Both the position numbers and the translations under genes were made by a program. Shown one piece after another: positions 56,859 through 64,000 of a DNA stretch of 64,000 nucleotides (positions within the stretch are counted from its first letter, which is position 1; every line of letters starts with the position of its first letter). The DNA comes from an uncultured Clostridia bacterium (GTDB lineage Bacteria > Bacillota > Clostridia > CAKSNL01 > HGM11501): contig CAKSNL010000001.1 of the NCBI GenBank assembly GCA_934476235.1, forward strand, positions 44,497 through 108,496, in the 5' to 3' direction. The notes under the pieces were generated by a model that saw only the letters and a program-made list of their open reading frames with translations, was not told the DNA's origin and made no database searches.

Positions 56859-57894
56859 ATTTTTCAACCGTTCTTAACAATAAATGAGCATAGCCTCTTA
56901 TAAGAAAGTCGTTCGGGTGGTTAACGTTATTTCCCGTCATATCGTAGAATTTCTTATGGTTCAAAAGCGCCAGGTGATAATCCGTCATATCCGCCATGAC
57001 CGTGCGTTCATCCGTCAAATGCGCGAGCGCGTCTTTCTGGATTATCTGATTACCCCAGAAAAATTTAAGCTCTTTATTCGGCACCATCGGAGCAATCAAA
57101 ATAAACTCACACTCCGGCATCTTTTTTGCAATCGCGTCCCTTATTCCTCTTATATCCGCCTCAAACTCATCGTTCGGCGTACCGCCGTTGTTCATCCCGA
57201 AAGCAATGATCGCAAGGTCGCTCTCATGGCAAAGCGCGTTTTCGCTGACCGTTTCAAGCCCCCATTTGCTCGACTTGCCGCCGACAGAGGTGTTGACAAA
57301 AGAAATACCGTCATATCCGTATCTCTTTTTAAGCTCATCTGTAAAAAGCTCGATCCATGTCGGCATACCGGGCGCACGTCCCGAGCGGCTTGTCGCATTC
57401 GCACCCTCGGAGATACTGTCGCCGAAAAGCAAAATCTTAACCGGCTCCTTATTTTCGAGCTTTTTAATGAGCCCCGAAAGCTTATTCCCCTGTTTTTCGG
57501 GAATGAATCCGTCCCACGAGTCAGAATGAGTGTATGTAACGGCAATCTGCTTTGGATACATGAGCACCGTTTCGGCGAACGCCAAAAACTTGCCGTTCTG
57601 CCTTTCAAAGCTCTTGCCCTCTATCTTTTCGTCAAGATAATAGTCCTTATATTTCATGACCGGAATGTTCCCGCCGGGAAGCACTCTTAAAACTCCGCCC
57701 TCAAAGCTGTAGTCCGTGCCCTCTTTATATGTAATCTTGAGCTCGGAATCCGTCACGCTCAGTATCTTATCCGGCTTATACAAAAGGTTGACCGGCAAAA
57801 TACCGCCGTTTTCATCCTCCAGAACAAACGCCGACTCGTCATACATTACGTTTCCCGTCCAGTAGGGAATCAGGTAGTTATCTATGTTATACAT
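56857..57894 (-). CDS. SGNH/GDSL hydrolase family esterase with an N-terminal beta-sandwich domain
   Basis: Block I motif LLFGDSISEG, a GxND-like block (FGMNNG) and a 345-aa length. Confidence 0.65.
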   Translation of the reverse strand: MYNIDNYLIPYWTGNVMYDESAFVLEDENGGILPVNLLYKPDKILSVTDSELKITYKEGTDYSFEGGVLRVLPGGNIPVMKYKDYYLDEKIEGKSFERQNGKFLAFAETVLMYPKQIAVTYTHSDSWDGFIPEKQGNKLSGLIKKLENKEPVKILLFGDSISEGANATSRSGRAPGMPTWIELFTDELKKRYGYDGISFVNTSVGGKSSKWGLETVSENALCHESDLAIIAFGMNNGGTPNDEFEADIRGIRDAIAKKMPECEFILIAPMVPNKELKFFWGNQIIQKDALAHLTDERTVMADMTDYHLALLNHKKFYDMTGNNVNHPNDFLIRGYAHLLLRTVEK

Positions 57895-57942
57895 TATTTC
57901 CTCCGTAAAACCAAAGCGTCCGGTCTCCCGGACGCTTATGTA

Positions 57943-58992
57943 TTAGTCTAAGTTAGGCTTCTTAAGAAATCCGGGAATCTGGGGATAGCCGTCATCGTCA
58001 TTGTCAAGTCCGAAAATAGAGTCAACCTTTTTCTTTTTCTCCTTGCCCTCAAATCCGGTTGCGATAACGGTGATGGAAACATCGTCACCCATCGACTCGT
58101 CGGTAATCATGCCCATCTTGAAGAACACGTTGGGATCAGCATAGCTCTGAATCAGCTCCGCCGCCTCGTTAACCTCAAAGAGCGAAAGGTCGCTGTTGCC
58201 GCTGATGCACATAAGTATGCCCGTTGCGCCTTCAATATTTGTTTCAAGAAGCGGTGCTTCGATAGCAGCCTTTGCCGCAAGCTCCGCTCTGTTCTCGCCC
58301 GATGCACGGCCGATTCCGAAGTGTGCGCAGCCCGCGTCCTTCATAACGCTTGTAACGTCCGCAAAGTCCGCATTGATAAAGCCGACGCTTCCGATAAGCT
58401 CCGTAATACCCTGAACACCCTGGCGGAGAGCCTCGTCAGCCATAACGAACGCATCCTTAAGACTTGTCTTTGCGCTTCCGATGGTCAAAAGCTTGTCGTT
58501 GGGAATTACAACGATGGTGTCAACATCCTCTTTTAATGCTTCAATACCCTCCAGAGCCTTATCCATTCTTCTTTTGCCTTCAAACTGGAAGGGCTTTGTA
58601 ACAATACCGACAGTCAAAATGCCCTTCTGCTTTGCGATTCCGGCAATAACGGGAGCAGCGCCCGTTCCGGTTCCGCCGCCCATACCTGCCGCGATGAATA
58701 CCATGTCAGCCTTTTCGATGAGCTTTTCAATCTCTCCGGCAGACTCTTCAGCCGCCTTTTTACCGATTTCAGGATCGCAGCCCGCACCGAGTCCCTTAGT
58801 AACCTTCTCGCCGATCTGAAGAGTTATTTCAGCCTTTGAGCACTTAAGTGACTGAGCATCAGTATTCACAGCGATGAAATCAACATGCTTAACGCCCGCC
58901 TCAATCATTCGGTTTACAGCGTTGTTACCGCCGCCGCCGACGCCGATTACCTTAATAACCTGTGTTTCTTCCAAATTTTTATCTTCCGGCAT
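57943..58992 (-). CDS. ftsZ: Cell division protein FtsZ
   Basis: [11 protein letters not shown] tubulin signature. An AAGGAGG RBS lies 8 nt upstream of the ATG at 58992. The longer ORF start is unlikely. Confidence 0.9.
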   Translation of the reverse strand: MPEDKNLEETQVIKVIGVGGGGNNAVNRMIEAGVKHVDFIAVNTDAQSLKCSKAEITLQIGEKVTKGLGAGCDPEIGKKAAEESAGEIEKLIEKADMVFIAAGMGGGTGTGAAPVIAGIAKQKGILTVGIVTKPFQFEGKRRMDKALEGIEALKEDVDTIVVIPNDKLLTIGSAKTSLKDAFVMADEALRQGVQGITELIGSVGFINADFADVTSVMKDAGCAHFGIGRASGENRAELAAKAAIEAPLLETNIEGATGILMCISGNSDLSLFEVNEAAELIQSYADPNVFFKMGMITDESMGDDVSITVIATGFEGKEKKKKVDSIFGLDNDDDGYPQIPGFLKKPNLD

Positions 58993-59027
58993 ATTTTTTG
59001 CCTCCTTATGCAATTTTACTATTATAT

Positions 59028-59054
59028 ATTATAACATTTTTTCAAATTTGTCAA
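59028..59054 (-). promoter_or_regulatory. Sigma-A type promoter for ftsZ (TTGACA, 15-nt spacer, TATAAT)
   Basis: Read on the minus strand: ttgacaaatttgaaaaaatgttataat. The spacer is slightly short. Confidence 0.4.
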
Positions 59055-59071
59055 TGAGAATTGCGAATTTT

Positions 59072-60007
59072 TTATAAATTCTCCGCATTTTCTTCGGTGT
59101 TTTCGCTCTGACCGTTATTTTCCCCTTCCGCTCCTTCCGTTTCATCTTTCGTTTTTTCGGGCGCTCTTTCCTCCTCGCTTCTGTATGACACTCCGGAATC
59201 CGGATTTGACGCGTCAATGACTCCGCGTACATTTTCCGGAAGCTTTCCCAAAACCTCTCTTATATATGCCATTTTATAAGAAAGCTCATCGTCCGAGCCC
59301 AAGGAACCGATTTTTATTTTCAGCGTGCCGTTCAAAACAAAAATTATGTTGTATTCGTCGGAAAGGTCAATTTCCGTTATATTCGAAAATCCGTATTCAT
59401 TTATACTGCCGAGGCACCTTAAAAGCGTCTCTGTCTGATTTTCGTCAGCCGTCGCCGCCGTCTGCCCGAGCTTAAAATCCCCGTCGGACAAGCCTTTAAT
59501 CAGCGGAAGCAGAAAATCGTCTCCCTCCGCCTCCTTAATGCTTTTTCCGTTTTTGTCTGTCACTACGTTTCTCGTTTCAAGCGCCAGAACATATGCGCCG
59601 GGAAGCTCCTTAACCGTAATGGTGACGGTGGACGGAAGCTTCTTTTTTACCTCCGCCTCGCTGATATAAGGAATCGCCTCTATCGCCCGTTTACTGTAGG
59701 ATGATGTGTGCGAAAAAATGCTTTCTCCTTCAAAAAGCCCCGATACCTCCGCTATTTTTTCGCTCGGGACAAGCGCATTGCCCTCGACAGAGAGACTTTT
59801 GACGGAAAAAAGCGGTGTTTTAAGGATGATAATTATTGCACACAAAAGAACCAATATGAGGAAAAACGCTCCGAAAATTCTGCGCTTCATTCTTTCTCGT
59901 TTTCTGCGTTTTTTTCCGCGCATACGTTTTTCTTTCTCGCGTCTTTCAAGCTCCTCGCGGTATTTTTTCATTTCCGCTTCGGAGTATCTTCTGTCATCTT
60001 TCCTCAA
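59072..60007 (-). CDS. ftsQ: Cell division protein FtsQ/DivIB (POTRA) with a highly basic N-terminus and an acidic C-terminal tail
   Basis: Single TM segment followed by POTRA-like and FtsQ-like beta domains. Apparent TTG start overlapping the murA stop (TTGA). Confidence 0.65.
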   Translation of the reverse strand: MRKDDRRYSEAEMKKYREELERREKEKRMRGKKRRKRERMKRRIFGAFFLILVLLCAIIIILKTPLFSVKSLSVEGNALVPSEKIAEVSGLFEGESIFSHTSSYSKRAIEAIPYISEAEVKKKLPSTVTITVKELPGAYVLALETRNVVTDKNGKSIKEAEGDDFLLPLIKGLSDGDFKLGQTAATADENQTETLLRCLGSINEYGFSNITEIDLSDEYNIIFVLNGTLKIKIGSLGSDDELSYKMAYIREVLGKLPENVRGVIDASNPDSGVSYRSEEERAPEKTKDETEGAEGENNGQSENTEENAENL

Positions 60008-61263
60008 TCCATCACTTCCTTCCTGATGTCCGCTCCGAGCGCTCTTAAATTAAGGTCGAACGCTTCATAGCCTCTTTCAATATAGCAGATTTTTTCTATT
60101 TCACTTGTTCCGTTTGCCGCAAGCGCGGCAACGGTGAGCGCCGCTCCGCCCCGAAGGTCCGCCGCCGCAACATGCGCGCCGGTAAGAGATTTAACGCCCC
60201 TTATAATAGCGACATTTCCGTCCGTCACGATATCCGCTCCCATTCTGACAAGCGGGTCGACCTGGCGGAATCTGTCCCTGAACACATTTTCAACAATCAT
60301 CGAAGTGCCCTCAGCCGTTGTCATAAGGCTCATGAACACGGACTGCATATCCGTCGGGAATCCCGGGTACGGATACGTTCTGATCCTTTTTACCGCAGAA
60401 AGTCTTTTTCCCGGCATTACCTCTGCCTCATCCTTATTAAGCCTTATGTCAGCCCCGCACTCCGAAAGAGCCGAATAAAACGCCTCCAAATGCAAAGGGT
60501 CCGTGTTTTTCACCGTGACATGCCCGCCCGTCATAAGCGCGCCGCATATGTAGGTCGCCGCCTCGATACGGTCGGGAATCACTCTGTGCTTACAGTCATT
60601 ATACTTTTTTTGCCCGTATATATAAATTTTATCCGTCCCGGCGCCGTGAATTTTTACCCCGACCTCTTTTAAATAATCCTCAAGGTCCTTTATTTCCGGC
60701 TCCTTTGCCGCGTTGCTTATCACGGTAAGTCCGTCCGCCCCCGTCGCCGCGAGCATGATATTCTCCGTCGCGCCGACCGAGGGAAACTCAAGGTGTATCG
60801 ATGCCGGATGGATATTTCTTGCGTCGCAGGTTATTATTCCGCCCGATTCCTCGATATTTATTCCCATTTCGCGGAGCGCGAAAAGGTGCAGATCAATGGG
60901 GCGCGGTCCGATTTCGCACCCGCCGGGCAGCGTTATTTTTCCGCCCTTGCAGCGCGATATCAAAGCTCCCAGAAAGATTACGGACGAGCGCATCTTAAGC
61001 ATAAGATACTCGGGGATCTCATTTTTATTGAGCGATTCGGAATTGACCGTTATGACTCCGGGCTCGCATTTTACCTTGCAGCCGAGATACTTTAATATTT
61101 CGGCGGATTCCTTTACGTCGCTTAAATCCGGGCAGTCGGTTATAACGCTTTCTCTGCCCGTTATGACGCTTGCCGCAAGGATCGGCAATACTGAATTTTT
61201 CGCGCCGTGAACGGTTATTTCGCCCGAAAGAGGTCTCCCTCCGTTTACTATGTATTTATCCAA
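60004..61263 (-). CDS. murA: UDP-N-acetylglucosamine 1-carboxyvinyltransferase
   Basis: N-terminus DKYIVNGGRPLSGEITVHGAKNS and the active-site Cys loop region. TTG start with an AGGAGGTG RBS. Confidence 0.9.
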   Translation of the reverse strand: MDKYIVNGGRPLSGEITVHGAKNSVLPILAASVITGRESVITDCPDLSDVKESAEILKYLGCKVKCEPGVITVNSESLNKNEIPEYLMLKMRSSVIFLGALISRCKGGKITLPGGCEIGPRPIDLHLFALREMGINIEESGGIITCDARNIHPASIHLEFPSVGATENIMLAATGADGLTVISNAAKEPEIKDLEDYLKEVGVKIHGAGTDKIYIYGQKKYNDCKHRVIPDRIEAATYICGALMTGGHVTVKNTDPLHLEAFYSALSECGADIRLNKDEAEVMPGKRLSAVKRIRTYPYPGFPTDMQSVFMSLMTTAEGTSMIVENVFRDRFRQVDPLVRMGADIVTDGNVAIIRGVKSLTGAHVAAADLRGGAALTVAALAANGTSEIEKICYIERGYEAFDLNLRALGADIRKEVMD

Positions 61264-61316
61264 ATCAAGGCACCTCCTATGCACATTTTATGCAAGGAAG
61301 AGCGCAATTGTTAATG

Positions 61317-62414
61317 TTATTTGATAAGCCTTCTCGCCGCAGTGTATATTTTATCCGTTGCGTCAAATATCGCGGCGGTCTTTGCCTTCCGGCTCATGTC
61401 CGATAACAGGTTTTTATCGTTTATAAGCGTCTTTATCTGTGCGTTAAGCCCGACTCCGGTAAGCTCGCTGTCATGAATCAGCACTGCTGCTCCCCTGTCC
61501 GAAAGATATTTTGCGTTGTACTCCTGGTGATTATGCGCAACATTCGGACTCGGAACCACGATAGACGGCTTTCCGGACGCTGCAAGCTCGCTGACAGTCA
61601 CCGCGCCTGTTCTGCATACGATAAGGTCCGACGCGGCAAACGCAAAGTCGGTATTGTAAATATAGGGCATGACCGTTATGTTTTTGGGAATCTCGGTTCC
61701 GCTCTCTTTAACCTTTTTCATGACCTCGTCATAATTTCTTTCGCCGGTCGACGCGATTATGTTGTATTCGTCGGCAAGGTTTTTGACAATGATTTCTGTC
61801 AGCGCGTCGTTAATGCTTTTTGCACCGAGGCTTCCGCCCATAATGAGCACAGTCGGTTTTTCGTCCAGATTGAACTTAAGCCGCGCCTCGTAGCGCGTCA
61901 CCTTCAAAAGGTCCGCTCTTACCGGGTTTCCCGTGAGCACTATTTTTCTGTGCTTCTTTAAATAATTTTTTGTGGTGTCAAAGCTTGTCGCAACTGCGGA
62001 AACCTTGTCCGCAAGCAATTTTACCGTAAGACCGGGGAAAACGTTCTGCTCGTGAATAATCGTCGGCACACCCATTTTTGAAGCCGCGTAAAGAAGCGGT
62101 CCGCAGACATATCCTCCCGTTCCGATTACGATGTCCGGGCGGAACTTTTCGATTATTTTCTTCCCTTCGGAAACCGCGCGGATCGCCTTTATGCCGTACA
62201 CGATGTTCATCGGAGAAAGACTGCGCCTTAAACCGTACACGTCAATATATTTTATATCTATATTCTGTGCGGGCACAAGTTTTTTTTCAAGCCCGTGCTT
62301 TGTGCCGACATAAAGTATCTCAGAATCCGGCTCCTTCTCCTTTATATATTTGGCGATAGCGATCGCGGGATTGATGTGTCCTCCCGTTCCTCCGCCCGAT
62401 ACGATAAGTCTCAT
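61317..62414 (-). CDS. murG: UDP-GlcNAc--undecaprenyl-PP-MurNAc-pentapeptide GlcNAc transferase
   Basis: N-terminus MRLIVSGGGTGGHINPAIAIA is the MurG signature. Confidence 0.9.
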   Translation of the reverse strand: MRLIVSGGGTGGHINPAIAIAKYIKEKEPDSEILYVGTKHGLEKKLVPAQNIDIKYIDVYGLRRSLSPMNIVYGIKAIRAVSEGKKIIEKFRPDIVIGTGGYVCGPLLYAASKMGVPTIIHEQNVFPGLTVKLLADKVSAVATSFDTTKNYLKKHRKIVLTGNPVRADLLKVTRYEARLKFNLDEKPTVLIMGGSLGAKSINDALTEIIVKNLADEYNIIASTGERNYDEVMKKVKESGTEIPKNITVMPYIYNTDFAFAASDLIVCRTGAVTVSELAASGKPSIVVPSPNVAHNHQEYNAKYLSDRGAAVLIHDSELTGVGLNAQIKTLINDKNLLSDMSRKAKTAAIFDATDKIYTAARRLIK

Positions 62415-62431
62415 TTTAAAATCCTGCCTTT

Positions 62432-63619
62432 CTATTTTACACTGTGGATAACGCCGGCGCCGATTTTCTGATAGCGCGATATGTTAAGCACAAGTCCCAC
62501 TGCAATAAGCATGAAAAGAAGCGACGTTCCGCCCGATGAGAAGAACGGAAGCTGCATACCGGTCGACGGCACTGCGTTTGTTACGACAGCGATATTTATC
62601 ACGACCTGAAGTCCTATCATCGCGGACACTCCGAACGCAATAAGGCATCCGAACATATCCCTTGAATTTAACGCAATCTTTATACCGCGCCATACGAAAA
62701 GCGCAAACATAAGCATTACGACGATTCCGCCGAATATTCCCATTTCCTCGCAGATGACCGCAAAGATATAATCGTTTGATGCCATGGGAAGCCAGCTGTA
62801 TTTCTGCCTTGACTGACCGAAGCCGACGCCGAAAAGACCGCCGGAGCATATCGCATAAAGCGAGTTTAATATCTGCCATCCGTTCCCCAGAGGGTCATTT
62901 TCCGGGTGCATATATCCGAATATTCTCGCCATTCTGAAGGGCTCCTTGATAATGAGGAAGACCACCGCCAAAACTCCGACAATTCCGATTGCCGCTATGT
63001 GACTCTTTTTCATGCCGCGCGCAAAAAGCATTGTAAATCCTATCGCGCATATGATAAGCGCACCGGACAAGTGCTTCTGCATTGCCGCGCCCGCAGCCGG
63101 AATCAGTATTATTATCTCCCCGCGCCACTCATATAAGAGCCTTTGCGAAAGCGACATTCTTTTCGTATTTCTCTTTTTTTCGCTGCTTAATATATCCGCA
63201 AGGTATATTATAAGCGCTATTTTCATTATTTCCGTGGGCTGAATCGAAATGGGACCTATAAATATCCACCTCGTCGCGCCGAGCCTTTCCTCGCCCACAA
63301 ACGGCGTTATGAAAACGAGCGCGACCGACGCCCAATATATGAGCGACGACCACTTTTTAAGGAACATATAGTCCCTGTAATTTGCCACAGCAAGCATAAC
63401 AAGAAAGCTTCCCGCGGCGATTATGCAATTTTTTATAATTCCCTTATAAGGATTCTGTGCATTGACCGAGTCAGGCGTTCCGGCGCTTATCAGCATCAAA
63501 AGCCCGGCACAGGTCAGAGCGCATATCAAAATCAGATAAAGACCGTCCATCTCGCCCTTCTTGCGCGTTTTTCTATTCAGCTTTCCGCCGTCTTTCGTCG
63601 CCGCAATTGCCTTGCTCAT
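62432..63619 (-). CDS. ftsW: SEDS-family peptidoglycan glycosyltransferase (FtsW/SpoVE/RodA)
   Basis: Ten TM helices with SEDS conserved segments (GGTSLLF ... near the C-terminus). Confidence 0.85.
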   Translation of the reverse strand: MSKAIAATKDGGKLNRKTRKKGEMDGLYLILICALTCAGLLMLISAGTPDSVNAQNPYKGIIKNCIIAAGSFLVMLAVANYRDYMFLKKWSSLIYWASVALVFITPFVGEERLGATRWIFIGPISIQPTEIMKIALIIYLADILSSEKKRNTKRMSLSQRLLYEWRGEIIILIPAAGAAMQKHLSGALIICAIGFTMLFARGMKKSHIAAIGIVGVLAVVFLIIKEPFRMARIFGYMHPENDPLGNGWQILNSLYAICSGGLFGVGFGQSRQKYSWLPMASNDYIFAVICEEMGIFGGIVVMLMFALFVWRGIKIALNSRDMFGCLIAFGVSAMIGLQVVINIAVVTNAVPSTGMQLPFFSSGGTSLLFMLIAVGLVLNISRYQKIGAGVIHSVK

Positions 63620-63634
63620 GAATTCCTGCCTTTC

Positions 63635-64000
63635 TTATAACGCAAAGAGAGTTATATATAAAGCGCTGATCAGGGCGCCGAGTAATGTTACTCCCGACGC
63701 GACCGCTACGATTTTTCTTTCCGACCAGCCCTTTTTTTCAAAATGATGGTGAATGGGAGTCATCAAAAACACTCTTTTTCCGCCGGTTGCCTTGAAATAC
63801 GTCACCTGGATTATAACGGAAAGCGTTTCGAAAAAGAAAACGAAGCCGACTGCTATCAGTGTAAGCTGAAGTCCCATTGCACATGCCGAGGCACCGATAA
63901 GTCCGCCGAGAAAAAGCGAGCCCGTGTCCCCCATAAATACCTTTGCCGGGTATTTGTTGAAATACAAAAATCCCAAAACGCCTCCTATTGAGGCAAAAAG
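63635..64000 (-). CDS. mraY: Phospho-N-acetylmuramoyl-pentapeptide transferase MraY (3' portion; the gene continues past the window end)
   Basis: C-terminal MraY segments ([18 protein letters not shown]). The ORF is open to coordinate 64000. Confidence 0.8.
   Translation of the reverse strand, partial: LFASIGGVLGFLYFNKYPAKVFMGDTGSLFLGGLIGASACAMGLQLTLIAVGFVFFFETLSVIIQVTYFKATGGKRVFLMTPIHHHFEKKGWSERKIVAVASGVTLLGALISALYITLFAL

Noticed and set aside
1-64000. Searched for CRISPR arrays, tRNA/rRNA genes, IS elements or transposases, and integrase or phage structural genes
   Set aside because: No regularly spaced direct repeats were seen. No tRNA T-loop (GGTTCGAATCC) signatures were seen. No ORF resembled a transposase, recombinase or phage protein. 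The window appears to be stable chromosomal backbone.

Overview
This 64-kb window looks like a chromosomal segment from a Gram-positive anaerobe. The spore-former inference (Clostridia, possibly Oscillospiraceae/Ruminococcaceae-like) rests on spoIID, Rex, a csaB-type pyruvyl transferase, a cinA-recA pair and a dcw cluster with an FtsW/SpoVE-type SEDS protein. Coding density is high on both strands. Most ORFs were recognised by reading the supplied translations against known protein families; no searches or computations were run.

Housekeeping genes:
- typA/bipA, murI, rex, a YigZ/IMPACT protein, hflX, topB, trpS and an aminotransferase.
- A nifS-thiI pair, cinA and recA.
- The 3' part of the dcw cluster: mraY (partial) - ftsW - murG - murA - ftsQ/divIB - ftsZ.

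Accessory and metabolic content:
- A nine-gene minus-strand sugar-catabolic operon (11829-22043) controlled by a divergent RpiR regulator. It combines IolB/IolC/IolJ-type enzymes, a fucose-isomerase-like protein, an FGGY kinase and a mutarotase with a GlcD-like flavoprotein, a 4Fe-4S dicluster protein and a single-polypeptide EtfB-EtfA fusion. This is the strongest candidate for an undescribed system in the window.
- Pectin/uronate-related genes: a cytoplasmic GH28, a kdgA(eda)-kdgK pair with a fused VOC-like domain on Eda, and an SGNH esterase.
- A 948-aa secreted parallel beta-helix repeat protein translationally coupled to a 50-aa peptide gene.
- A secondary-cell-wall-polymer-like locus (csaB, a large membrane protein, a murJ-like flippase, a phosphodiester glycosidase, tagO).
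- An AraC-regulated three-dehydrogenase operon.

Non-coding content:
- Many rho-independent terminators and consensus sigma-A promoters.
- LexA-box-like sites in the recA promoter.
- A repeated operator-like motif in the rpiR divergent region.
- A ~25-nt motif shared between two hairpin-rich intergenic regions 23 kb apart.

No CRISPR array, tRNA, rRNA, transposase or obvious prophage gene was seen.
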